DNA of 64,000 bases from Dicyema japonicum (Eukaryota > Animalia > Dicyemida). The position numbers and the translations under genes are program-made. Position 1 is the first letter of the stretch. Each line of letters begins with the position of its first letter. Where the stretch lies: NCBI GenBank assembly GCA_011109175.1, contig RDEW01000011.1, positions 493,455-557,454 of the forward strand, given 5' to 3'. Shown here piece by piece: positions 13,245 to 24,994 of the stretch. The notes beneath the pieces are model-generated. The model was given only the letters and a program-made list of their open reading frames with translations, had not been told where the DNA came from and searched no databases.

Positions 13245-13790
13245 TGGTGTGCCGACCCCTATTTGAGTTGGTTGTAGCTGTGTTATCAGCGTAGGCAGGA
13301 TTGCTCTGCATACAAGCTTTGAGGCCAACCGACGAAAAACCAAGCCAACAGCAATATGGCGTATTCCCCCACATCTTTTATCGAAGTCGATTAACTTTGC
13401 GGAGAACATTACGTGTCAAATTGTTTCTGGTAGTGTCCCTGAAATCATCCTGTTCATTAGTTTGGTGATAGCCAACACGAGCGAAACCCCAAAATAGCCC
13501 GTGTTCTAAGAAACGAGGTCTTTGAAATGCGCCGGACGGAACTCATCAAGTCTTCCACTGCTGCCCGGGACGAAAGAGAGAATCCCATTTTTTACGTCCT
13601 CTTCAGAACAAGCAGATTAGGTAATTGTCTTGGGCAAGACGGAATCAGATGGTTGTTATGGCGACTTGGTTGTCGCCCAACATGTGCTGCGTAGGACTGT
13701 TCGGATGGCTCAATTATACGGTTCCGATCTGCAAGAATCCGCACGGCAGCACGGATTCCACCTTCAGAATATTCCATTAAAGGTCCCATA
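13245..13790 (-). mobile_element. CRE-like retrotransposon RT N-terminal fragment
   Basis: KLIDFDKRCGGIRHIAVGLVFRRLASKLVC...LQPTQIGVGTPG, the GGIRPIAVG..RRL..K motif of CRE-like RTs. Confidence 0.75.
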
Positions 13791-14040
13791 ATAGTCCAAT
13801 AGTCCATTAAAGGCTCCCGCTTCAGAAATGAGATGGAGAAGTAAGTCCACCTTCTTCCATTTTCATCTCACGTCTTACCGTTGCAGACATCACTTCATTC
13901 CTAGGCAGAAGAGTTTTCATATTGGTAATCTTGACCAATGGATTTCGTCAGGGAGAAGGTAGGAAGATCTCTTTCAGCTATCGTATCGTACCAGAAGGAC
14001 TCGTCGCCTCGCAGGTGGGATCTGTTTGAGGAGAATTGAC
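13790..14040 (-). mobile_element. tRNA-derived SINE family 1, internal fragment
   Basis: Reverse complement of gaggcgacgagtccttctgg...gaagtgatgtctgcaacgg...ctattggact. Confidence 0.75.
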
Positions 14041-14189
14041 CTTCGTACGAGCAATAAAATTATTTAAAAGCAATTTAGCCTTTTTTATAACATATGAATA
14101 CCCAGGGTTACGCTTACGACGTCTAACCATAATAAAATGACTCATAAAACAAATATATTCATTAAAATCTAGTTAATGTATTATTTGAA

Positions 14190-15450
14190 TTATTTTAGCT
14201 GAGATTTCATTCTGATGTTTTCTTCTTTTAGCAATTCAAGTTCTCTTTTCAGATTTTCAATATTTTTGTGTGCCAAATTCTGCTTGATTTTAGTTTGCTC
14301 GATATTTGTTTCCAACATTTTCTTGGATTTGTATTCACTTTTTTCCACTTCTTCTGCCCTCGAAAAGCCTGCCTTTATAATTTCCTCGTGCTCATTCGAC
14401 TCCGAGTTCAAATAATAAGTTAAATTACAACTTTACTCCACTGATTAAGCTCGACTTCCCTTATTTGCCGAGTAAATTCAGTTTCCCATAAAATGTAGGT
14501 GTTCTAAATAAATAAAATAAAACTTTTAAATTTTCGACTTCATTTTCAGTTTTTACTGAATTTTCAGAAATATAATTTGAAATTTTTCGCACGATATTCA
14601 GCAAACGGTCAACTTTTTCGACGATCAAACTCAAATCTTGATCGAATGCAGATTTTCGTTATTAATTACGAATAATATTAATTTTTGATTATTTTTGACC
14701 AAATCGTCGTGAATTTCTAGCGTCTGATGAATGAAATTAATTTTTTAAAAATTACAAGATTTTTGGCAGTAAAGTTTGCTTCATTCGTCGCCTCGACGGT
14801 CGAAGAAATTATTTTTTGCACGTGCATTGAGAAAAGGCAGAGATGGGAAATGTTCCTAATTTAATATTTTTGGTAATATACTTATTTTTATTTAATATTT
14901 TGTATTTTTGGGGAATTGTTGACAATTTGCTTTTAAAATACGTGAAACTTTCTTTAAATTTTTCAAAAAAATTAATATAAAATTGCCGACAATTTTCTCT
15001 TTTGTCGAAGCTGCCCGATTTTAATACGTTGGCTAATTTTTCTATGTCCAGTACATAATCTTTTATAATAACAAAAAATAACCATTCAGTTGATTCATGT
15101 CACCTTTAATGGAGTTCACACAGGTTTCAAAGTCATCTCCCAAATTTTGGACATAAACATTTCCGCGGTACAATTCTGACTTCAAAGCCTCGAAAATATT
15201 TTTATAAACTTCCAGCAAATTTTCAATTTTATTGGTATTTGCATTTTCTATGAATGACGATAAAATCTTAATAAAAAATAATTAAACTTCAAAAATCTCT
15301 TTTTCGAATTCATAAATCCATCAAACTCTTGAGTTGGGAAAAAATTACAGGTTCTATCAATTCTGTCAATTATGCGGGCCCTTATGTTTAAAATTTGGTC
15401 CAAGTTATCGTCGCATGACATAAGTAACGAGGACACTGATCCATCCAATC
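14190..15450 (-). CDS. Hypothetical coiled-coil protein, multi-exon
   Basis: Open exons (SAFDQDLSLIVEKVDRLL..., NTYILWETEFTRQIREVEL..., SNEHEEIIKAGF...) separated by 20-29 nt GT-AG introns; one homopolymer indel near 14653; start not defined. Confidence 0.45.
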
Positions 15451-16223
15451 GAATAGAAGAAGAAACCCACTTTTTGAAAACATTTTTAGTTTTTTCTCTT
15501 TCCTCAGAGTTTTTTTCTATTAATTTTAAAATATAGCTTCGTGAATAAATCTCCCAATTCGATTCAAACGAGTTTAACAGGTCAAAATTATATATTTGTT
15601 GTTCATTGCAGATCTAGGAATTATAATTTGGCAGTTTTAGGTTTAATGCTAGGAAACTACCTTGGTCAACAAGCAATACACTGTATTGATCCACTTACTT
15701 CGATTTTTTCTCGACGTGGAAATATTGGTTTCATTGCGTCCTACATATAGTTCATGTAGTTGTATGTAGTTTTCTATCATTTCAGCATTTTTTAAAAAGT
15801 TGTCTCTGTTTGTTTTAATCTAAATATGATTATAGACTTTAACGTTGTTGTTTAGTTGGTTAATGGATATTGACAAGGTTTCGTTATTTTTCCGTGAAAC
15901 CTCAACCTCTCTGAATTAAAGTTGAGATTTTACTTTAATATGTTGTTGATTTTATTCTTAAAAATACCAATTCTAGCGGTCAAATCCAAATCTAATTTGT
16001 TTTGGCTTTCCAATTCTTCCTTGAAACTTGCAGTTTAGAAATAAATTACTTTTTTAAAATTGGGGGAATCGTTTCGTAGAAGAAAATATAATCTTGCAAA
16101 ACTTTATCCATCAAACTCCGCCTTTCTTTACAGTTGATCTTAAATTTAAAGTATTATTTACTTGATTTATAATTTTGGTAAAATACTCTGAAAATTTTAT
16201 TTTTTCAGCATTTAATAAAAGTT

Positions 16224-16720
16224 CTAATGTTTTCTAAATCTCATAAAGTTTGTAACTTCATCGAATGAACTAAGTTGAAAAAGTCGAGGACGAAGAGACT
16301 TAATGTCCGAATCATATTCTGCAGTCAAGTTGAGGACTTCGTCCCGACTCTCTGGTTGGCTGAAATACCGTTTATTGCCAACATACATTAATGGAAGAAG
16401 AAATGGATATTCTACTCTGTGTTCAGGAGTTTGCATTGGGGCAGTGATTTTTTTCTGCAGTTTTAAGGGTACTTGTATATTCGGAAGAACTCTAATAACT
16501 GAGAAATCATCTTTCACGTCCTGAAATTCAGTTTTCCGTTTTTTAGGAATATCGCAGAGATAGGAAATGTCATTACTTTCAACCCATCGATACTAAAGTA
16601 GAAATACGATTCTACTCGACGGGGGTAAGATATTTGGAGTTGGGAATTCAAGCCATCGATTATACAAGTTGGAATTGAGTCACAGCATTCTTCATCCGTT
16701 TGGAACTAAATTTTCATACA
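16224..16720 (-). CDS. Hypothetical protein, probably multi-exon
   Basis: ORF 16224-16517 extends upstream in frame (YRWVESNDISYLCDIPKKRKTEF); no family recognised. Confidence 0.3.
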
Positions 16721-17059
16721 AAATTTTACAAATTTGTTATTCATTGCTTAGTAACTAGATTTATTTATTTTTAAATAAACACACAAGTCCTTTAACTAAG
16801 AGGCCTGGATTACGTTAACGTTCATTCTGATCACTGCCAGTTGGAACCTCTGTCTAAGCTGTGTTATTATTATTAAAAAGTTTCAGAACTGATAATTTAA
16901 CTTATAATTGTCTTGTTGCTTCTCAATGTTGACTTATCCAAGTTTCCATGCGAAGTAAGTCAACAAAAAATTAGTTAACTCAAAAATGAAAGTAAATTAG
17001 GGCCTCCTAAGAAAGACGGATCCAATGACGCCACCAGAAGGAAAAGTAATCTTCAATCA

Positions 17060-17750
17060 AGTAGCCACATGACAATATTATTTAACATCCCAAGACCACG
17101 GTAAAACCAAACTAATTATCACGTGACCCAGATGCGTTTCATCAGTGACCTCATCATTGCCCGATGTTCATCCCTCGTGCTCACGCGCGGTCGTATAGGA
17201 CGGCTGACTGAATTTACGGGGTCGAATTCCCGAATTCTGTAGTCTAGTTTCACAAGTCTCCAGAGGCGTTGGTTCGCTTTGGTCGAACGCATTTGTATAT
17301 CAATTGAGCAGAGCACTGTTTTCAAATGTCTCAGCTTATTTGAAAATTTATCTCGAGTTTTCAATGTTTGAAAGTTCCACTGAAGAGCAGTAAACTGGCT
17401 TTCTCTTCGGTGGACTGAGAATTTCTTCCGGGAAGGTTCGATCTTCCGTCAAAAGCATTGCCTAGGGACGTGAATGTACCCAAGAGGGTCAAAATGTACC
17501 TTTTCGATAGACATTAGGTGCCCTTAGGCGTTTCCAAATCCTTTAAATCGATAGACCACATTTTGTTGATTTTTTTTACCCCAAGATCACCGGATTAAAA
17601 AAGTTAAAAGTTAACTACTAACTAAGTGATCCCGGTTTTCCGAGTTCTGGCTCTCGTTCGGGGTCCTCGAAGATCCGACAGAATTGGTAGAAACGGGGAC
17701 GGTCTCATTCTCATAGATTCCCCGCATTTTCTAGATAGTCAGTTATAGAG
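17060..17750 (-). mobile_element. I-group LINE remnants: RT piece plus 3'-terminal region
   Basis: LKTVLCSIDI motif; 17570-17750 is a close reverse-complement match to the LINE 3' end at 59600-59780. Confidence 0.7.
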
Positions 17751-17879
17751 ATTCAGGTCATTGGTGTATTTTGTTGACATGCGCATTAATACTTAGAATT
17801 CAATACACGTTTTTGTTATTTAATATAAATAAGTTTAAGATTAAAATAAATGTTATTATTCTAATAAAATTATTCCTCA

Positions 17880-20003
17880 AAAAATTTACTAGTAGGATTC
17901 GTTCTTTTTGGTCTTTTAATATCAAGTCGCTAAAAGTAATTAAATAAATTCACAGAAAGATATGGAGAAGGTTGATCCTCAACTTCTTCAGTTTTGACGT
18001 CAGTTGTTATTTCAGTAGTCTCAGTCGACATAACAGGCATTCCCATAACTGCAGGAGAAATTAGCTTTTGTTGAGACTTCATAGGTGGTCTAAGGCCACC
18101 CATTAGTGGAATATTGGAAAACATTTTTGCTCGGTTTTGAATTGACCCCACAGTAGAAGAACGCTCTACGTTTTTATTACCACCATCTGGTTCTTTTAAA
18201 AAGTCAGTCTTTTTTTCTGAAGTGAGAGTTTTTTCACTTTTGAGGGGCTCTGTTTTTTCTTTGCTGAAAAGTTCTACCTTTTTTTCATAAAAGGAGTTTG
18301 CCTTCTCTTTGGAGATTATTGGCTTTACATTTTTGAGAGGTTCAGTTTTGGGAAATTCTACCTTTTTTTCATGGGAAGATTCTTCCTTCACTTTTGGAGT
18401 CTCTATCTTTGCACTTTCGACAGGTGCTGTTTTTTCTTTTTCGAGTTCTACTTTTTTTTCATAGGAGGATTTTGCCTTCTCCTTAGGAGTTATCGTCTGT
18501 ACACCTTCGAGAGGCTTTGTTTTTTCTTTTTTCAAAGATTCAGTCTTTTCTTCACATTTGGAATCTTTCATTACTCCTTTCAAGGACGCTCTCGCTTGCT
18601 TTAGAAGTAATTCTGCTTGTTCTTCTTTAACAAATTCTATCTTTTTTTCACGGGAGGAGACTTCCTTAACTCTGGAAGTCTCTATCCTTGTACTTTCGAC
18701 AGGAGTTATCTTTTCTTTTTCGAGTTCGACTTTTTTTTCATAGTAGGATTTTTCCTTATCCTTAGGAGTTATCGTCTGTACACCTTCGAGAAGCTCTGTT
18801 TTTTCTTTTTTTAAAGATTCAGTCTTTTCTTCACACTTGGAACCTTTCATTACTCCTTTCAAGGACGCTCTCGCTTGCTGTAGAAGTAATTCTGCTTTTT
18901 CTTCTTTGGCAAATTCAATCTTTTTTTCTTGTGAAGATTTATCGCTATTTTTGTCGGGATAGGTAGGGGGTATTTCTCTATCTCCTTGATCCATTCTTTT
19001 CGATTCTGATGATGTAATATGGGGGACGTTTTATTTGAAATATCCGACGACAAGTTTGAATTTTCTTGGTTTTTTAGTCTTTTTTGACCTTTGTCGTGTT
19101 CTATTAACATGGGTGTGGTGATTCCTGCATTCGTACTTACATTCGACTGTTCAGGGACTTTTTCTTGCAATTTACTCTGAGAAATAGTTGGAACAACTTT
19201 GTCTGTCACTTTTTGTTTATTTATTGGAGCCAAATTCTGTCTAATTTTTAAAAATTCAGGTTTTTGAGTATTGTCCTCAGACTGAGGTATTTTTTCACTT
19301 TTTTGTGGAGTTTCAGTCGGTTCGTTTTTCGAAAATCTCATATTCTCTGATGCAGTCTGATTTTCAATTTTCGACTTTTCGAATTCTTTCTTATTTTCTT
19401 GATTCTCAGATTGATTTTTGAAGGTTTCTTCTGTTTGGCTTGAAATGATTAACATTTCTCGATCATTCTTACGAGTCTTATCTTCCACGTGATCTTCTAA
19501 ATCAACCTCATCATACTTAATACCTGAAATATTCTCCTCTTTGGAGTTTGTCATGTCTCTTTGTCCTGAATTTCGCAGTCTTGCTTCATCCTTCGATAAC
19601 AATTTTTCTAATTCGCCACCTCTTTTTTCTTTGAATTCATTTTTTGTTTCTTTTTTACTTATTTCATCTGAAAATTGTCTTTTTGAAGTTTTATTCGATT
19701 CTTCAGGCTCACTTTTGCCAGATACAGCTGCGGATTCCTTCGTGAATTGCTTATCAGACTTTTCATGACAAATTTGCTCGGAAATTTTTACTTTTTGATT
19801 ATTTTCTTGATCATGTTCGCATAGTTCCTGTTTTCTTTGGGCCTTTTCAATCTGCTCAGTCATCATAGTGCTTTCTTCTACCTAATCCTAATTAAAAATC
19901 TGACCTCATTTATTTTCGCTACGTTCGACTCAATACTGGGTTGGTCGTAGGTTTTCTTCAGTTCTTCAAGCCTTTCTTTAAGTGTTAACTTTTTATTATT
20001 CAT
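17880..20003 (-). CDS. Lys/Glu-rich protein with a 93-aa internal tandem duplication
   Basis: ORFs 19878-20003, 18859-19866 and 17930-18994 join via a 23-nt intron and a one-base homopolymer indel near 19030; KKIEF...SSRE unit occurs twice; probable 24-nt last intron; stop position uncertain. Confidence 0.65.
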
Positions 20004-20284
20004 TTGACTAGGAAACTGCGCAGTTAAAATATCGTAGGTTTTATTTTTATGGCGCAACTTATAGCGAAACAAATGCCAATTTCAAAGAAATTATTTTAAT
20101 AAATACGCATAATTCTCCGAATTTATCCTTTCTTATCCGGATTTATCTAAATTTATTCAAAGTGGTTAAGTCGATCAGGCAATTGGTTAATTGGTCAGAA
20201 GGTTAAGGTGCCCTCTATTGCACAAATAGCAGCTTCCGTTCACGACAGATGAAAATCCATGACTTCTTTTTCGCAAGCATGGAC

Positions 20285-20380
20285 AAAGTGACGAACTTGG
20301 GTGACATTAGAAACCTAGAGTTATGGACAAAGGAACTGTCGGATGCACATAGAACTGGTTAGAATTTTTGTGAATGTTTT
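20285..20380 (+). repeat. Dispersed repeat, second copy at about 23585-23680
   Basis: gacaaagtgacgaacttgggtgacattagaaacctagagtt vs gacaaagtgatgaacttaggtgacatcagaaacccagagtt. Confidence 0.55.
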
Positions 20381-21189
20381 CCTAGAAACTGCACGTAGGG
20401 GAGTATAGTTATTGTGAATCCATGTATTTTCTCATAATAGTGGTGTAAAGCTTACTCAATTAACTCAAAATTTTCAGATAGAAAACCTCCCCCGCCTCAT
20501 TTAATCATAATTATTTTATCTTGGTTTTTGTGCACTTTTGGAATGGACTTATCAGTGTCGATGATCTTGGAAATAGGAATTAATAGGTCAATTACTAGTT
20601 TTTCCTCATTCTTTGTGTCTTGGTTAAATTAAGTTAAATTAAAATGGAAGAAGTGGTTTCCATAACCGAATAAAATATGGGTTTTTAGTTTGTGTTCTTA
20701 ATTTGAGTTCTCCCCCGCTCTCTACAATTTAAATTTAACACACATTTAAGGGGGCTTAACAGCTTAAGAAGGATTAGAAAATTCTATGGTTTTAGCACTT
20801 TTTCCTAGGTTTCTCACGACTAGAAATTTATCGATATTAATGCTAATATAGAAATGTCAGTCTGGTCTCTTTACATATTTAAAAATTTAATTTTGTTTTT
20901 CTTCTCTCTTAATCAGAGCTAACAGAAACATAATATCAGAATAACAAAAGTTGATATTTATAATCCTTATTGAAAAAAATAGAAACAAAGACATTGGTAA
21001 CAAATCATGCTCTATTGATAGGAGACAGTAAGCATTGCCGCGGACGATAGTCACATCAAAGCGCTGCGAAAACTATTTCCTTAGTAGCAACTCCTTTACC
21101 TATATTCCCAGCCGTTGCAGAGATTTCTAAGGCGATTAGGACGATAAGAAAAAGATCACAAGAGCCGAATATTTCTTCAGTTTCCTTAT

Positions 21190-21573
21190 TTATTTTATTT
21201 ATTAAATCCAGGATTACAATCTTTCATAAGTCCAGCACACACAGTCACTACTAATTAATCAAAGGAAGGAACCCATGGGAGAACGTCTGTGCCGACCAAA
21301 TCAAACCTCCAATAGTCCATTACAGGTTTCCGCTTCAGAAAAGAGGTGGAAAAGTAGGTCCGCCCTCTTCCATTTTCATAACACATCCTACCGACGCGGA
21401 CATCACGTAATTCTTAGGCGCAAGAGTTTTCATAATTGGATTTGGTTAGGGAGAAGGCAGAAAAGACGGAGTGGAATCTTTTTGACGAGAATTAGCCTTT
21501 GCCGAAAAGTCCATCTTTCGGATACGAACCCACGACTGTCAGATTCGAAGTCATTAGACGTTCAGTCAAGTTG
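21190..21573 (-). mobile_element. tRNA-derived SINE family 1, near full length
   Basis: Minus-strand head gactgaacgtctaatgacttcg...gtgggttcgtatccgaaagatgg, shared body and A-rich tail. Confidence 0.8.
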
Positions 21574-22259
21574 CATTCTTTCAGCAGAGTTGATAATTTG
21601 GGAGTCAGAATGAGCAGTCACTAGAATGTCCATTGGGAGGAAGTTTCTAGGCAACTTCAACTACAAACTTATCGACTGGAAAAATTTCTATCCATTTACT
21701 GAAAGCTTCCTACAGAACCTTTATCCAAATGGTTGTTCTTTCCTTATTTTGGATGCAAGATTATTATCTGCTCCTTAACGCCACCTTAACTACGCCAAGG
21801 GATATGGTAGAATGGCTCTAGTTAAAAAATGACTCAAAAAGAGTGTCCGACAAACTAAGGAGAAAAGCCCTAGCTGAGGGATAAAAACCAGGGATCTCAA
21901 AGTCAAAAATCAAAATTGATGTATGTGCTCTCGTCTTTGAACTGAAATAGATTCACCGCAAAAATTTGAAAGACCATGAGCTTATGGAAAGTTCTCCTTT
22001 TCATTGCCTCTGGAATACTCTAATCCTTAAGAACCGAGAGACGTGCCCGTTCAACTATGAGCATCAAGTTATACGCGGGATGCGTGCTTTCGTTGGTTCA
22101 TGGAGACAGATCGGACCGAGATAAGGTCTCTGCTGGTGGCTGTCGAGATCATGTGACTAGTTAGTTTTGTTTAAGCGTGGTCTTTGGAATTTTAATGCTT
22201 CAAGAGCTATGTAGTTAAGCCATCTGTTGAAGAAGCAACGAAGACTTACATCAAGTCAG

Positions 22260-22515
22260 TTGTGGTGAGAAGGACTCTCGAAAGCATGCTAATTGAACAC
22301 AAACACGGGATGAAGGTTTCCGATGAAGAGTTCACTTCTACTTCCGACCAGCCTTTGAAGCTAGCATGTGCTTGCTGTGAGGACATTCCATTAAATGCTA
22401 AAAGAAGTATAATTACTGACACTGATGAGATAGGAGTAAGAGTGAGCTGGCAGCAAACTCTTCTTCCAAGAGGATTACCAAATTTGGGCTGTAATTCTAC
22501 TTAATTATAATAATT
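22260..22515 (+). mobile_element. 3' fragment of the NeSL/R2-like RLE element
   Basis: RRTLESMLIEHKHGMKVSDEE matches KRTLESMLIEHKHGMKVYDEE at 34444-34767. Confidence 0.7.
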
Positions 22516-22849
22516 TACTGGATTTAGCTATAATTTAATTGCACTACCAATAAATATTTCAACATTTTGAGTGATTTGATTGATTCGAACAAAAGACTCT
22601 CAATTTGTTCGAATTTTGATTCCATATTTTTTACAGTTATACTTGTGACTAATTGGTCTGGAGGTTGAAATGATGAATTTACGTCCCTTTTCTCGCCTCA
22701 GGAAACATGGGATACAAGAAGTTTCAGAAGTAGGAAAGCATCGGATACAAAAGTGTTTTGGATTTGATTAACAATGATCTGTGAGTTTAATTCCCATCAT
22801 GGATTCTAGGTCGAAGAGATCTTGTCCTTCGCCAGTTCCTTGTCTTCAT

Positions 22850-23022
22850 CTTTTCATTAGCGTGGTGTCCTGTGATCTGCCTATCTCAAAAGGAGCCCAG
22901 TGCCAGGAACGATCAAAAAAATCATTTGCTCTACCCGTTTAACTGGTCTCCCGCAGCTGTGGTCCTGGATGGACGTTCTCTGCTTTTTCTACCATAAGAA
23001 CTGGGTACACTTAATTAGTTAT
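22850..23022 (+). mobile_element. SINE family 2, diverged partial copy
   Basis: gcccagtgccagg...atcatttgctct...ctgggtacacttaattagtt. Confidence 0.6.
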
Positions 23023-23193
23023 TGATTTCTTTTATGTTGTATGTGACGAATGCGAGAAACAGGGGAGGATGGAAACGACTCACAGCGCGTGTCCAAAGAT
23101 GCATGGCAAAAGTGGAATCTTAACTTAGTTAGATAATGTGACAATAACACTTTTTAGCAGATATGCATCACGACTTCATTATGTCCTCTAACG

Positions 23194-23235
23194 CAGTGGT
23201 CCCCAACCTTTTTGTTGTCGCGGACCGAAGGGTTA
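23194..23235 (+). mobile_element. hAT-type terminal inverted repeat (single end)
   Basis: cagtggtccccaacctttttg resembles common hAT/Charlie termini; partner end not found. Confidence 0.35.
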
Positions 23236-23926
23236 GACAATTTTACCGCGACCCGAAGTTGAGCAATCACAACACGGGTCACAAGACATACAAACACACT
23301 TACAAATAACTAAGCTGACAAGGCGTATGACTAATCTTACGACAATGTGTACAAACAGATAAAAACGGTCATTATTTTGAAATTCGAGAAGAAACTGGTT
23401 ATTAAATAAACAAATAAATCCATTAATCACAAAATTTTAAAATCAATAAATCTCAAACAATGGACAATTATTTAAAACTTCAAATTAACTCGATATTGAG
23501 CTAATTAGCCAAAAGGTTAATTATGGTGATGATGTACCTATAATGCACAAAATATCTACTTCGCTTCACAATTGATAAAAACCCGTGACAAAGTGATGAA
23601 CTTAGGTGACATCAGAAACCCAGAGTTTTGAACAAAGGGACTGTTGCATACATGTATAAACAAGGCTAGAATCTCGTCCAGATCTCCTAGCAGCAAGAAC
23701 ACGCCACTCAGTTCTTACGGATTCCAGAGGAGTTTGTGAGAAGCACTTTCCAGAAGTACATAACTTTGAATTCTTTTTTCTGGCTAGCTTCGATCTCCAA
23801 TAATAATTGGGCCGATAGGTATAATAAATAGACAGAATATGAAAGCGATTGAATTTTTAATTGGATAAAATTAAAAAAGAATCAATAATATTAAATAGTT
23901 AATTGATTAGAGCATTATTGGTCAAA

Positions 23927-24782
23927 TCAAAAAAGGACATCAGCATCCGCAGCCGTTATGTACTCAGAAAATATTGAATTCACGTCAACCCGAGGCTCAT
24001 TCACGTGGTTCTGTTGCTGTTTACTTTTCTCTTCTTCTGCCTCTCTTTCGAGCAATTTCTTGTTCTGGACCTTTTTCAGCCTGAAACTATAAGCACAACT
24101 CGACCTGTAAAACTCTTCTCTTTCCCGCTCATCCAATTCTGAAAGGATATAATTCACCGTTCTCGATATTTTAGGGATCACGACATAATCTAGGGCATTT
24201 ACGCGACGATTCGTCTGCTTGATCACGTCATCCAGCAATGAGAAACAAACTTGAAGAGAGGCCAGATCAATAAGAATTTCTATGCTGCTTTGGTAGTTCT
24301 TCTTCAGTTTTTCTAACTGCTGACCACCAGCTGAAAGTCCGAGAAGGCCATAATCTGTAAATTAGCTAAAACCAATGAAATACTGTCAACAGTGTCTACA
24401 AATGCTTCAAAATTAGGAATTCTGACTCCAGCAACATTTTCTACAGATGATTTTACTTTGGTTCGGGCCTTGTTTACGTTGTTAAGGACATTTTGAGAGA
24501 ACTCCCCAGATGTAAACTTGGCCTCTGCGTATGAGAAAGAAGCCTGTTTGAGCATATTGTTCATAGCCTCTTTTGTCTACATTGATCAAATTAACAGAAA
24601 ACTGTGATTATTTTTGCTAAAACTGATCTAAATCGGAGACTTAGAGCGTCCGCCTTCTTTTTCAGAAGACCGTGTCCCTTTTTGGCACCTCTAAGCTTTA
24701 TCTTCACAATTTGAAGGGTCCTGTATGGTCATTATTGGTAAAAATTACATTCGTGATGGAAAACTGTAAGGCGATCAGACAT
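23927..24782 (-). CDS. ATP6V1D: V-type proton ATPase subunit D
   Basis: [41 protein letters not shown] and [15 protein letters not shown]; four GT-AG introns of 28, 26, 29 and 24 nt; one-base indel near 24760. Confidence 0.95.
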
Positions 24783-24994
24783 AGTAGAAAATCTTATGCC
24801 ACAATAAGTGATTAAACCACAAAAGCGATTAAGAAAATATCTGGTTAAAGTTAATTAAAATATTAAAATTGAAAATATATTAATTTAGATAATAAAAAAA
24901 TAAATGAATAATTTATTGTTAAATAATTCTGATTTGTAGTATTTAATTAAGATTATGTTTGATGTTTTAAAAATAACTCCAGATTGTAAGATAA
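24783..24994. promoter_or_regulatory. Putative bidirectional promoter between ATP6V1D and the TAO kinase
   Basis: Only 212 bp of AT-rich DNA between divergent start codons. Confidence 0.5.
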
